32,000 bases of DNA from an uncultured Erysipelotrichaceae bacterium (GTDB lineage: Bacteria; Bacillota_I; Bacilli_A; Erysipelotrichales; Erysipelotrichaceae), in contig OW818668.1 of assembly GCA_942493105.1 (NCBI GenBank), forward strand, positions 1,470,001 to 1,502,000. The letters run 5' to 3'. A model generated the notes under the pieces. The model did not search any database. It saw only the letters and a list, made by a program, of their open reading frames with translations, and was not told the DNA's origin. Both the position numbers and the translations under genes were made by a program. Below are positions 6,517-15,751 of the stretch, piece after piece (position 1 is the first letter of the stretch; the number at the start of each line of letters is the position of its first letter).

Positions 6517-9141
6517 ATGAAATACCGCACAGGCAGTGAAGTCCGACAATTATTCTTAGATTATTTTAAATCAAAAGGTCATATGATTGAGCCAGGAGCG
6601 CCTTTGGTTCCTGTGAATGATAACACCTTGTTGTGGATCAATTCAGGTGTAGCGGCTTTAAAACGGTATTTTGATGGTTCTGTTAAACCACAAAATAATC
6701 GCATCACCAATGCTCAAAAGTCAATCAGAACCAATGATATCGATAATGTCGGTAAGACCAGTCGTCATCATACTTTTTTTGAAATGTTGGGTAATTTTTC
6801 AATCGGAGATTATTTTAAAGAAGATGCCTTAAAATATGCTTGGGAATTTTTAACAAGTCCTGATTATATCGGGATGGAACCTGAACGTATGTATGTGACG
6901 GTACATCCAAGTGACCAAGAAGCCTATCGTATTTGGGTCGACGTGATTGGATTAGATCCTCATCGTATCTTGAAATCTGAAGAAAATTATTGGCAGATCG
7001 GAGAAGGACCTTGTGGTCCTAACTCTGAGATCTATTATGATCGTGGACCTTCATTTGATCCTGAAAACATTGGCGAAGAACTCTTTTTCAAAGAACTCAA
7101 CAATGATCGTTATATTGAAGTATGGAATGTGGTCTTTAGTCAATATGATGGTAAAGAAGGCATCGATCGCAGTCTTTATAAAGAACTTCCACAGAAAAAC
7201 ATCGATACTGGGATGGGCTTAGAACGACTGGTTTGCATCGTTCAAAACGGGGAAACTAATTTTGATACAGATTTGTTTATGCCAGTCATAAATGCTGTTC
7301 AGAAGCGCTCTAAAATGCCTTACAGCGGTGAATATAAGATGGCATACAGAGTTATTGCGGATCACATTCGTACAGTGACCTTTGCCTTGGCTGATGGGGC
7401 TTTGTTTTCAAATGAAGGACGAGGTTATGTCTTAAGACGCTTATTAAGAAGAGCGGTCAGATATGGAATCAAACTAGGTATCAACAGTTCTTTTATGAAT
7501 GAATTAGTTGAAGTGGTCGCAGAGATGATGAAAGATTATTATCCCTATGTGCTTGATAAAACGAACTTGATTGCGAAGTTGGTCAAAGCTGAAGAAGAAC
7601 GTTTCCATAAGACCTTGAATGCGGGTGAACAACTTCTGATTGAAGAACTGCAGCATACCCAAGATCATAAGTTAGATGGCAAGACTGTCTTTAAACTCTA
7701 TGATACCTTTGGTTTTCCTGTTGAATTGACCCAAGAGATCGCTTCTGAGAAGGGATTTAAGATCGACTTGGATGGATTTAAACAAGAGATGGAAATCCAG
7801 CGTAATCGGGCTAGAAATGCTCGAGAAGATAGCGAATCGATGAGTTCACAATCAGAAGATTTGATGAACTTTACCCAAGAATCCAAATTCGTTGGATATG
7901 ATACCTATGAAACTAAGTCGGTCGTATTGGCTTGCTTCAGAAATGGAAAGCAAGTATCTAGTTTAGATGATGAAGGGGACATCATCGTTGATGTGACCCC
8001 ATTCTATGCGGAAATGGGTGGACAAGTCGCGGATACTGGGATCTTAGAATTTGAAGGCGGAGAAGCTTTGGTCACTGATGTTCAAAGAGCACCGCATAAA
8101 CAACACCTGCATACCATCAAGATTGCGTATGGAGAATTAAAAGTAGGCGACAATGTATCGTTAAAAATCGACGTCATGCGTCGTCAAAGGATCATTGCGA
8201 ATCATTCTTCTGCGCACTTGGTTCAAACAGCACTTAAAGAAGTGGTAGGCGATCATATCCATCAGGCTGGATCTTATGTAGCCGAAGACTACATGCGTTT
8301 TGACTTTACGCATTTTGAAAAAGTCAGTGACAGTCAATTAAAAACCATTGAAGCCATGGTCAATCGTTATATCTTTGAAAAACATCCCGTTCAATTTGCG
8401 ATGATGGATATCGAAGCTGCGAAAGCAGATGGGGCAACCGCTCTGTTTACTGAAAAATATGACAAGATCGTTCGAGTAGTTTCGATGGGTTCTGTCTCTA
8501 AAGAACTTTGTGGTGGATGTCATGTCTCAAATACGCAAGAAATTGGGGTCTTTAAGATCGTATCTGAAGAATCCATTGGATCAGGTATCCGTAGATTAAC
8601 CACAAAAACTCAAAATGCGGCTTATCAGGAATTTGCGAATCAGCAGATTCAACTCGAGAATATCGCGAAGCTCTACAAAGCCAACTCAATTGGGAATATT
8701 GAAGACCGCATCGAACTTTCACTCAAAGAAAACAGTGCGCTTCGTCAAGAACTAGGACAGCTTAAACAAGTCTTGGCATCTATGGAAGCCAAAGGTTTAA
8801 GTACTTCGATTCAAAAGGGAACTCACTTTGATTTCTTGATCAAACGTTTAGATCAAGATGCGAATAATTTAAAGTTGATGATTGAAAATTTAAAGCCGAT
8901 GGTTCATGAAGGTTTTGTATTGCTGGCTGGTGTTGATCAAGACAAGATCAATTTCGTTGCTTACTGTGGCCAAAAAGCCATTGCGAAGGGAATCAAAGCT
9001 GGAGATGTGGTTAAGAATCTAGCCACTCAAAGTGGAGGAAATGGGGGAGGTCGTCCCGACTTCGCACAAGCTGGCGGTAAAGACATTGCTCGTTTAGACG
9101 CATTATTAGACCAATTAAGAAACCAAATCATTCAGAATTAA
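6517..9141 (+). CDS. alaS: Alanine--tRNA ligase
   Basis: 874-aa ORF with RBS AAAGGAG. Class-II AlaRS hallmarks are present (RHHTFFEMLGNFSIGDYFK, the editing-domain HSSAHL motif, and a C-terminal DHHA1-like GGNGGGRPDFAQAGG). Confidence 0.95.
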   Translation: MKYRTGSEVRQLFLDYFKSKGHMIEPGAPLVPVNDNTLLWINSGVAALKRYFDGSVKPQNNRITNAQKSIRTNDIDNVGKTSRHHTFFEMLGNFSIGDYFKEDALKYAWEFLTSPDYIGMEPERMYVTVHPSDQEAYRIWVDVIGLDPHRILKSEENYWQIGEGPCGPNSEIYYDRGPSFDPENIGEELFFKELNNDRYIEVWNVVFSQYDGKEGIDRSLYKELPQKNIDTGMGLERLVCIVQNGETNFDTDLFMPVINAVQKRSKMPYSGEYKMAYRVIADHIRTVTFALADGALFSNEGRGYVLRRLLRRAVRYGIKLGINSSFMNELVEVVAEMMKDYYPYVLDKTNLIAKLVKAEEERFHKTLNAGEQLLIEELQHTQDHKLDGKTVFKLYDTFGFPVELTQEIASEKGFKIDLDGFKQEMEIQRNRARNAREDSESMSSQSEDLMNFTQESKFVGYDTYETKSVVLACFRNGKQVSSLDDEGDIIVDVTPFYAEMGGQVADTGILEFEGGEALVTDVQRAPHKQHLHTIKIAYGELKVGDNVSLKIDVMRRQRIIANHSSAHLVQTALKEVVGDHIHQAGSYVAEDYMRFDFTHFEKVSDSQLKTIEAMVNRYIFEKHPVQFAMMDIEAAKADGATALFTEKYDKIVRVVSMGSVSKELCGGCHVSNTQEIGVFKIVSEESIGSGIRRLTTKTQNAAYQEFANQQIQLENIAKLYKANSIGNIEDRIELSLKENSALRQELGQLKQVLASMEAKGLSTSIQKGTHFDFLIKRLDQDANNLKLMIENLKPMVHEGFVLLAGVDQDKINFVAYCGQKAIAKGIKAGDVVKNLATQSGGNGGGRPDFAQAGGKDIARLDALLDQLRNQIIQN

Positions 9142-9220
9142 TCACTTAAGTTGATAAATCTTTCTAATCGCTTTTATTTGAGACTTAGATAAGCTAAAAT
9201 AAAACCAAGGAGGTTAGTGC

Positions 9221-9487
9221 ATGAGTAATAAAAACAAAACTGAAACGGTTGCCTTTAAATCTGATGAACTCAGACGCGACAACATCAAACAGGTCTTGAA
9301 GCAAGTTCAAGCAGCTTTGGCTGAACGAGGCTATAATGCGGTCAATCAATTGTCCGGTTATTTGATCAGCGATGATCCTGCCTATATTTCGAGCCATAAA
9401 AACGCACGTAACCTGATTCAGACAGTAGAACGCTATGAAATCATAGAAGAGTTGGTCAGTACCTATTTGGAAGAAAAGAGTAAATGA
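9221..9487 (+). CDS. IreB-family regulatory phosphoprotein (UPF0297, YrzL-like)
   Basis: 88-aa ORF with RBS AAGGAGG. It contains ...ERGYNAVNQLSGYLISDDPAYISSHKNARNLI..., typical of UPF0297, and occupies the conserved position between alaS and ruvX. Confidence 0.8.
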   Translation: MSNKNKTETVAFKSDELRRDNIKQVLKQVQAALAERGYNAVNQLSGYLISDDPAYISSHKNARNLIQTVERYEIIEELVSTYLEEKSK

Positions 9488-9912
9488 GGGCATTAGGCTG
9501 CGATTTAGGTTCAAAAACCTTGGGTTTGGCATTAAGTGACCTGAGTGGATTTTTAGCGAGTCCGTATACTACGATTCGTTTCCCAAGTGATGATTATCAA
9601 AATGCTTTAGATCAATTGATGCCTTTGCTTGAGAAAGAAAAAGTAACGGTGATTGTCTTGGGACTTCCCAAACATATGAATGGATCACTGGGAGAAAGTG
9701 CCGATCGATCGATTTATTTTAAAGAAGAATTAGAACTTCGAACAAACATCGAAGTGATTCTGGAAGATGAACGGCTCAGCACCGTAGCAGCTCAAAAAAG
9801 CATGCTGATGGCTGAAATGAACCGACAGAAAAGAAAGACCTCCATTGATCAAATGGCAGCGACCTTCATTCTGCAAGGTTATTTGGATAAACAACGACAC
9901 AAGCGAGGCTAA
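9484..9912 (+). CDS. ruvX: Putative pre-16S rRNA nuclease / Holliday junction resolvase-like protein YqgF (RuvX)
   Basis: 142-aa ORF. The N-terminus reads ALGCDLGSKTLGLALSD. Its ATGA start overlaps the upstream stop. Confidence 0.85.
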   Translation: MRALGCDLGSKTLGLALSDLSGFLASPYTTIRFPSDDYQNALDQLMPLLEKEKVTVIVLGLPKHMNGSLGESADRSIYFKEELELRTNIEVILEDERLSTVAAQKSMLMAEMNRQKRKTSIDQMAATFILQGYLDKQRHKRG

Positions 9913-9913
9913 C

Positions 9914-10177
9914 ATGGAAGAAAATAAAATCATCGTGACCGATGAACAAGGCAAAGAATATGAGATGACGATCTTGTTTACCTATGAAGATGAAGCCAAT
10001 GTCAAAAAATACGTTTTCTATTATGATGAAAAGGTTGATGACGGTGAAGTCTTTGTGTCTCAGTTTACAGACCAAGGAGAATTGTTCCCGGTCGAAGATG
10101 ACGAAGTGTGGACGAAGTTAAACAAAGTCCTGGAAGAATGGCAACTTGAAAACAATGACGATGAGGAAGAAGCCTAG
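9914..10177 (+). CDS. DUF1292 family protein (YrzB-like)
   Basis: Frame of ORF 9845-10177, but the start is moved to ATG 9914, just after the ruvX stop. The product is acidic and 87 aa long: MEENKIIVTDEQGKEYEMTILFTYE...YVFYYDE. It holds the conserved position before mltG. Confidence 0.75.
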   Translation: MEENKIIVTDEQGKEYEMTILFTYEDEANVKKYVFYYDEKVDDGEVFVSQFTDQGELFPVEDDEVWTKLNKVLEEWQLENNDDEEEA

Positions 10178-11216
10178 TCTACTCAGATTTTTAATGATTG
10201 GTGCGTTGGTATTAATCATCGCAGCAGTTTTTGGTGGCTTATATATCAATGAAAACCTTAAAGCAAGAGGTCCTTTAGGCGAGACAGTTCTCGTTTTGGT
10301 TGAAGAAGGAGATCTTTTAAATGATGTCACATCGACTTTAAATGAACATCAATTGATTGGTGAGAAGTTGATCGTTGAAACCTATGCCAAATTGATGAAA
10401 GTGACAAATTTTAAAGCAGGGGTCTATAAGATCGATAAAGGTTGGGATGCCTTAAAGATCCTGACTTATTTGACCAATGCCTCAAATGCTCAAAAAAATG
10501 ATGTTGCTTTAACGATCATTCCTGGAGATTGGGCCAAAGATATTGCATTGACCCTTGAATCAGTTACAGAATATACATCCACTGAAATATTGGCTTATTG
10601 GAATGATCCTGCTGTTTTTGATACCTTGGATCAAGCATATGAAGTCCTTAGTGCTGACGCTAAAAAGACTGGGGTTAAAGTCTTGTTGGAAGGATATTTG
10701 ATGCCTGAGACGTATTTCATAAATCCTGAATCAAGTCTTGAAGTCATCACGAAACGGATCCTAGATCAAACAGAAGCTTTTTATCTTCAAAATAAATCAA
10801 TATTTGATCAAAGTGACTTAAGTGTCCACGAGATTTTTACTTTAGCCTCCATCGTTCAATTTGAAGCGTCCAAAGAAGCAGACATGAAGATGGTAGCCCA
10901 GGTCTTTTACAATCGTCTAGACTTGCCTATGCGTTTACAATCGAATGTGACGATTTGTTATTCACTATATAGTTATACGAATTGGAAAGACTGTGAAGGC
11001 AATAAAGACATCGTATCCCCATATAACACTTATCTTCATGATGGTTTACCTTTAGGACCGATTGATAATCCTTCTGCCAAAGCAATTTTAGCAACCTTGA
11101 ATCCTACCCCCAATGATTACTTTTTCTTCATCGCTGATGTGTATGGGGATGGAACAGTCTATTATGCGAAAACGTATGCCGAACATTTAAAAAATGTAGA
11201 AAAGTATCTGAACTAA
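10155..11216 (+). CDS. mltG: Endolytic murein transglycosylase MltG (YceG family)
   Basis: The protein has an N-terminal TM anchor (LLRFLMIGALVLIIAAVFGG) and a YceG domain with LASIVQFEAS...QSNVT..Y.....YNTY...GLP.GPI.NP. The start is ambiguous (TTG 10146, ATG 10155 or ATG 10161), and all three options overlap the end of the DUF1292 gene. Confidence 0.85.
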   Translation: MTMRKKPSLLRFLMIGALVLIIAAVFGGLYINENLKARGPLGETVLVLVEEGDLLNDVTSTLNEHQLIGEKLIVETYAKLMKVTNFKAGVYKIDKGWDALKILTYLTNASNAQKNDVALTIIPGDWAKDIALTLESVTEYTSTEILAYWNDPAVFDTLDQAYEVLSADAKKTGVKVLLEGYLMPETYFINPESSLEVITKRILDQTEAFYLQNKSIFDQSDLSVHEIFTLASIVQFEASKEADMKMVAQVFYNRLDLPMRLQSNVTICYSLYSYTNWKDCEGNKDIVSPYNTYLHDGLPLGPIDNPSAKAILATLNPTPNDYFFFIADVYGDGTVYYAKTYAEHLKNVEKYLN

Positions 11217-11217
11217 C

Positions 11218-11850
11218 ATGGGTAAATGTGTCATCATTGGGATCGCAGGCGGTTCAGCTTCAGGTAAAACATCTTTGGCTAAAAGATTGGTCAAAACATA
11301 TTCAAGCACAAAGTCTGTTTTGATCATCCGTCAGGATGATTATTATAAAGATCAAAGTGAACTAAGCATGGAAGAACGCTTAAAAACCAATTATGATCAT
11401 CCTTTAGCTTTCGACAATGATTTATTGGCTACACAACTTAAAACATTGGCCTCCGGTCATTCGGTTTTAAAACCAACCTATGATTTTGCCTTATACACTC
11501 GAAAAGAAGAAGTTGAACACATAGAGCCTTCAGACGTGATCGTCATAGAAGGTTTGTTTGTTTTGGAAGATCCTTTGATTCGATCACTTTGCGACATCAA
11601 AATCTTTGTAGATACCCCATCCGATGTCCGCTTTATCAGACGCTTAAAACGTGATGTCAGAGACCGTGGCAGATCGATGGAGAATGTAATGGATCAGTAT
11701 ATGAATACAGTAAGGGTCATGCATGAAACCTTCATAGAGCCTTCTAAACGCTATGCAGATGTGATCGTTCCAGAAGGTGGAAAGAATGAAGTAGCTGTTG
11801 ATTTATTGACCACTAAGATTGATAGTATTATCCACACTAATGTGTTATAA
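11218..11850 (+). CDS. udk: Uridine kinase
   Basis: 210-aa ORF with P-loop GIAGGSASGKTS and a uridine-kinase-like remainder (DDYYKD...NYDHPLAFD). Confidence 0.9.
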   Translation: MGKCVIIGIAGGSASGKTSLAKRLVKTYSSTKSVLIIRQDDYYKDQSELSMEERLKTNYDHPLAFDNDLLATQLKTLASGHSVLKPTYDFALYTRKEEVEHIEPSDVIVIEGLFVLEDPLIRSLCDIKIFVDTPSDVRFIRRLKRDVRDRGRSMENVMDQYMNTVRVMHETFIEPSKRYADVIVPEGGKNEVAVDLLTTKIDSIIHTNVL

Positions 11851-11876
11851 TTACCCCGCACTAAAGGAGAAAACCG

Positions 11877-12344
11877 ATGGCCCAAGAAAAAATTAGAGTA
11901 ACCCAAGCGGGTTATGATGAGTTAAAAAGAGAACGCGAAAACCTTATTCACGTCGTTAGAAAAGAAGTCATAGAAGACCTGCAGGCAGCCAGAGCCCAAG
12001 GTGACTTGTCTGAAAATGCCGATTATGATGTCGCTAGAGATCGTCAGGCTAAAGTAGAAGCACGTATTCGCGAATTAGAGAACATCTTCAACAACATTGA
12101 GATCATCGATGATCATAAAGGTGGATCCCGAGTCGTCAAACTCGGCGTAAAAGTTAAAATTTTAAGTCGTGGTAAAAAAGATCCGGAAGAGTACACCATC
12201 GTATCATCTGTTGAAGCGGATCCTTTATCCGGTAAACTATCCAATGTGACCCCTTTGGCCATTGCATTGATGGATCATAAGGTCGATGACGAAGTTGAAG
12301 TAGAACCCAACAAAGAAATCGTCAAAATCATCGCAGTCGATTAG
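11877..12344 (+). CDS. greA: Transcription elongation factor GreA
   Basis: 155-aa ORF with RBS AAGGAG. It has the coiled-coil N-terminus with ...AARAQGDLSENADYD.A...Q and a C-terminal FKBP-like domain. Confidence 0.92.
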   Translation: MAQEKIRVTQAGYDELKRERENLIHVVRKEVIEDLQAARAQGDLSENADYDVARDRQAKVEARIRELENIFNNIEIIDDHKGGSRVVKLGVKVKILSRGKKDPEEYTIVSSVEADPLSGKLSNVTPLAIALMDHKVDDEVEVEPNKEIVKIIAVD

Positions 12345-12366
12345 GAACTCAATCCATTAATTACGT

Positions 12367-12395
12367 AAAGAAGAGTATGAAACTCTTCTTTTTTT
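12367..12395 (+). terminator. Intrinsic terminator after greA whose loop contains the comEA ATG
   Basis: 10-bp stem AAAGAAGAGT (12367-12376) / ACTCTTCTTT (12382-12391) with loop ATGAA (12377-12381). The T-run extends to 12395. The stem is AT-rich and therefore probably weak. Confidence 0.55.
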
Positions 12396-12838
12396 ATCTT
12401 ATAATCTTACTAACAGGTTGTTCTATCTTAGCAAAACCGATTATTCTTGATGACCCAAAACAAGTTTTGATCGATGTATTGGTTCAATTTCCTGATGGTT
12501 CAAAATATACGTATAAGATGACTAATTTTAGTTTAATGCAAGATTTGTTGGTTAAATTGGATTGTAAATCATGTAATCTGTCTCAACTTAATCCTTCAAC
12601 GATCCTTAAAGATGGTGATTTGATTATTTTGTCGACTGTCCCAGGACTCAATATATCGATCAATCAAGCCTCACTTGAAGAATTGATGTTTTTACCTGGT
12701 ATTGGAGAAAGTTTAGCACAACGCATTATTGACTATAGAAAGAAATTTGGCTTTTTTCAACGACTTGAAGACATCATGCGGATCAAGGGTATTAAACTGA
12801 TTTTGTTCAATAAAATAAAGGCTTATATCAGCTTGTGA
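12377..12838 (+). CDS. comEA: Competence DNA receptor ComEA (helix-hairpin-helix DNA-binding), predicted lipoprotein
   Basis: 153-aa ORF. The N-terminal signal carries the lipobox LLTGC. The C-terminal HhH region reads INQASLEELMFLPGIGESLAQRIIDYR and is typical of ComEA. Confidence 0.8.
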   Translation: MKLFFFYLIILLTGCSILAKPIILDDPKQVLIDVLVQFPDGSKYTYKMTNFSLMQDLLVKLDCKSCNLSQLNPSTILKDGDLIILSTVPGLNISINQASLEELMFLPGIGESLAQRIIDYRKKFGFFQRLEDIMRIKGIKLILFNKIKAYISL

Positions 12839-14739
12839 GAAGAGCTGCATTATTTGCCTTTATCTCAATTCCAATCATTCTCAACAGTACTGAACCATTA
12901 CTAATAGGAGTTATTGTTTGTGTTTTTGGAATGATTGTTTTAAAGCGAAATCGTTGGATTTTATTAGGTTTGATTTTGGGTGTATGTTTTGAATGGAATT
13001 TTTCTTCTTTTTTACCAGTAAGTCAAAAATCTTACGTAGTAGAGCTCAACAACAGTAGCATGATTGTAACAACACCATTAGGTAAAGTGATGATCTACAC
13101 CCAAGACAGCACTCATTATAATTTATTGGACGAAATTCAAATCACAACCATCAAGCCTTTTCAAATCACCCCTACAACTTATGGATTTAATCAAGTGACC
13201 TATTATAAAGCCAATAATCTTATTGGATACAATGATGAAAAGGATCTTGTATATCATCATCCAAATCCTTGGATGAATTTTATCGGGTTAGGTGGGTTAA
13301 ACTCAGACCCTGTGTTTCATAAGATGAGCAGGGCACTTCTATTTCAAAACGATCCTGAGTCTAGTTTCATTTCGATCATTTCTTTAGGTTTGATCTATAC
13401 CATGATCCTTAAATCGTTGACTTATATGTTGTCATTTATGATGGGAGAAAACATAGCCAACGGAATAGTCATTGTGGGCTTGATAGGGATGGCTTATGTT
13501 TTTGCTTATCCATTAAGTTTGATTCGGGTCATCGTTTCTTTTTTGTTGATCTTATTTGTTAAACAATCCAGTGATCGATTGATTTGTTTTGTATTATTCT
13601 TTATGTTTTATAATATAAATTCATTAAGGTCGGCTGCAATTCTTTATCCTTTGATGTTTCAAATGTTCAATGTGTTTAGAATCAAACACATTAAACGTTT
13701 TTCTACTGTGATCTTATTACAGATCGCACTATTTCATTCTGCTTCCATTGGATTAGTTCTTCTATATCCGATTTTAAGGAAATACATGTCAGGACTGATC
13801 TTTTTGATTTGGTTGGCGTATTTTTTCCCGGTATTGAATCCTGTTATTAACTCTTTCTACTTTGTGTATCAATGGATTTCTACGCAACTTCAAATGATTT
13901 TTATACTGCATGGGTCTTTAACGATTGGTTTAATCATTCTACTGTTGATAATCATGTTAATCTATTACATCACTAGATTGAAGTCTGGTTTTATTTATGG
14001 ACTATCATTATGTTTGATTCCATTCGTAAGTGCTCCTTGGTTTTATCAAGTGACCTTTATTTCAGTTGGGCAAGGGGATGCGATACTACTTCAAGCACCA
14101 TTCAACCAAGAAGTCATTTTGATCGATACCGGTAAGGAAAATGCCTATGGTCAGTTAAGCTCTTTCTTAAATGCTCAAGGTATTTATAAAATAGACACAT
14201 TGGTGATTACGCATGATGACACAGATCACAGTGGTAATATGGATAGTTTAATGACAGATTATGAGATTATACGAAGTGTTAATCAACCTGAAGACATTAA
14301 TTTGCACTGGTTCTACTTAAAATCACTAAAAACACAACTCAGCCAACCGACAGATAATCAAGCATCTTTAATGTATTTATTTCAAATCAAACAACTTAAG
14401 TTCTTACTGATGGCTGATATCGATGAAAGCACTGAAATCGATCTGATCCGACAATACCCTCATCTTAAGGCAGACATCTTGAAAGTGGGGCATCATGGTT
14501 CTGCAAGTTCAACATCCGATCTTCTTTTAAGCCATATACAAGCTCGTTTAGCAATCATTAGTGTTGGATTTAACAGTTATGGTCATCCGTCTTATTTAAC
14601 GCTAAAACGACTAGAAGCGTTTCATGTGCCAATATATACCACTAGAACACTAGGGGATATCACTTTTATCATGAGCCCAACTTTCAATGTTCTTTGGACA
14701 AGTTCAATGAAACACAGGGTTTTAAGTCTTGGAGTTTGA
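12835..14739 (+). CDS. comEC: DNA internalization-related competence protein ComEC/Rec2
   Basis: 634-aa polytopic membrane ORF. The GTG start overlaps the comEA stop (GTGA). The C-terminal metallo-beta-lactamase-like domain reads SVGQGDAILLQ...VITHDDTDHSG...KVGHHGSASS. Confidence 0.85.
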   Translation: MRRAALFAFISIPIILNSTEPLLIGVIVCVFGMIVLKRNRWILLGLILGVCFEWNFSSFLPVSQKSYVVELNNSSMIVTTPLGKVMIYTQDSTHYNLLDEIQITTIKPFQITPTTYGFNQVTYYKANNLIGYNDEKDLVYHHPNPWMNFIGLGGLNSDPVFHKMSRALLFQNDPESSFISIISLGLIYTMILKSLTYMLSFMMGENIANGIVIVGLIGMAYVFAYPLSLIRVIVSFLLILFVKQSSDRLICFVLFFMFYNINSLRSAAILYPLMFQMFNVFRIKHIKRFSTVILLQIALFHSASIGLVLLYPILRKYMSGLIFLIWLAYFFPVLNPVINSFYFVYQWISTQLQMIFILHGSLTIGLIILLLIIMLIYYITRLKSGFIYGLSLCLIPFVSAPWFYQVTFISVGQGDAILLQAPFNQEVILIDTGKENAYGQLSSFLNAQGIYKIDTLVITHDDTDHSGNMDSLMTDYEIIRSVNQPEDINLHWFYLKSLKTQLSQPTDNQASLMYLFQIKQLKFLLMADIDESTEIDLIRQYPHLKADILKVGHHGSASSTSDLLLSHIQARLAIISVGFNSYGHPSYLTLKRLEAFHVPIYTTRTLGDITFIMSPTFNVLWTSSMKHRVLSLGV

Positions 14740-14760
14740 TATAATAAACGTGGAACAACC

Positions 14761-15750
14761 ATGAACGTATTACTCTACGGCAGCGAGCCCTTTCTCATCA
14801 ACAAGACCCTACATGAATTGCTTAAAAACAGAGTAGGCGAAGTTACACAGATGAACACGATCTATTATGATTTCACCAGTCCTTCTTTCTCTATGACTTC
14901 TTTCTTAGAGGAAGCTGATACGATGTCTTTTTTTAGTCAACATAAAGTCATGATTTTACAGAATTGTGTTTTCTTGACCAGAGCTGCGAAAGAAAAAGAT
15001 AAAAACAAAAGCGATGCTGATATTTTAAAATTGATGAACTACTTGGCTAAGCCACATGATCAAACAACACTGATCTTGATGTATGATGACGATAATTTGG
15101 ATACTGTTAAATTAGTCTATAAGCGCATTAAAGAAACCTGTGAAGTCATCCATATCAATAAACTTAATCCCGATCAGTTTAGAAGTTTTCTTTTAGAATT
15201 AATTAAAGAACGTCAACTTAAAGTAACTCAAGAAGCTTTCAATGAACTCATTAAACGCCTAGATGACAACATGTCTGTGGCAATCCATGAATGCGATAAA
15301 CTTCAACTCTATAGCCAAAACATTACCTATGATGATGTGGTTGCTTTGGTCAGTCGACCTTTAGATTCTGAAGCATTTCATCTAGTCAATGCGATTTTAG
15401 ATAAAAGACTAGCAGAAGCCTTAAGCATTTGGAACGATATGATCGTATTAAATATGGATGCCTTGGCTTTTATTGGACTGATTGCCAGTCAGCTTCGTAT
15501 TTTATATCAAGTTTCCAGTTTAAAAGATGCCGGTAAACATCGCGAAGAGATCATAAATGATTTATCGGTTGGTTCAACCCAAATGAATGTATATCGTGTC
15601 AGTCGCTTGCTTAATTTAGCGAAAATGACCAGTTCTAGACGTTTGCTTAAAGTCCTCAATGCCTTGGCAGAGTATGATCAAAAAAGCAAAACGGGTTTGG
15701 TTGATAAAAGATTTGGATTTGAATTATTTCTGATAGAGGCAACACGTTAA
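14761..15750 (+). CDS. holA: DNA polymerase III subunit delta
   Basis: 329-aa ORF in the conserved position after comEC. Its N-terminus (LLYGSEPFLI) and overall pattern are delta-subunit-like. Confidence 0.8.
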   Translation: MNVLLYGSEPFLINKTLHELLKNRVGEVTQMNTIYYDFTSPSFSMTSFLEEADTMSFFSQHKVMILQNCVFLTRAAKEKDKNKSDADILKLMNYLAKPHDQTTLILMYDDDNLDTVKLVYKRIKETCEVIHINKLNPDQFRSFLLELIKERQLKVTQEAFNELIKRLDDNMSVAIHECDKLQLYSQNITYDDVVALVSRPLDSEAFHLVNAILDKRLAEALSIWNDMIVLNMDALAFIGLIASQLRILYQVSSLKDAGKHREEIINDLSVGSTQMNVYRVSRLLNLAKMTSSRRLLKVLNALAEYDQKSKTGLVDKRFGFELFLIEATR

Positions 15751-15751
15751 C

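Noticed and set aside
9194-9532. Antisense or shadow ORFs inside real genes: 9194-9532(-), 22970-23302(-), 2205-2471(+), 3619-3864(-), 9730-9954(-), 24980-25249(-), 27990-28265(-), 22674-22868(+) and others
   Set aside because: Each lies fully within, or opposite, a confidently identified conserved gene. They have no RBS and low-complexity or odd composition, as expected for chance open frames.
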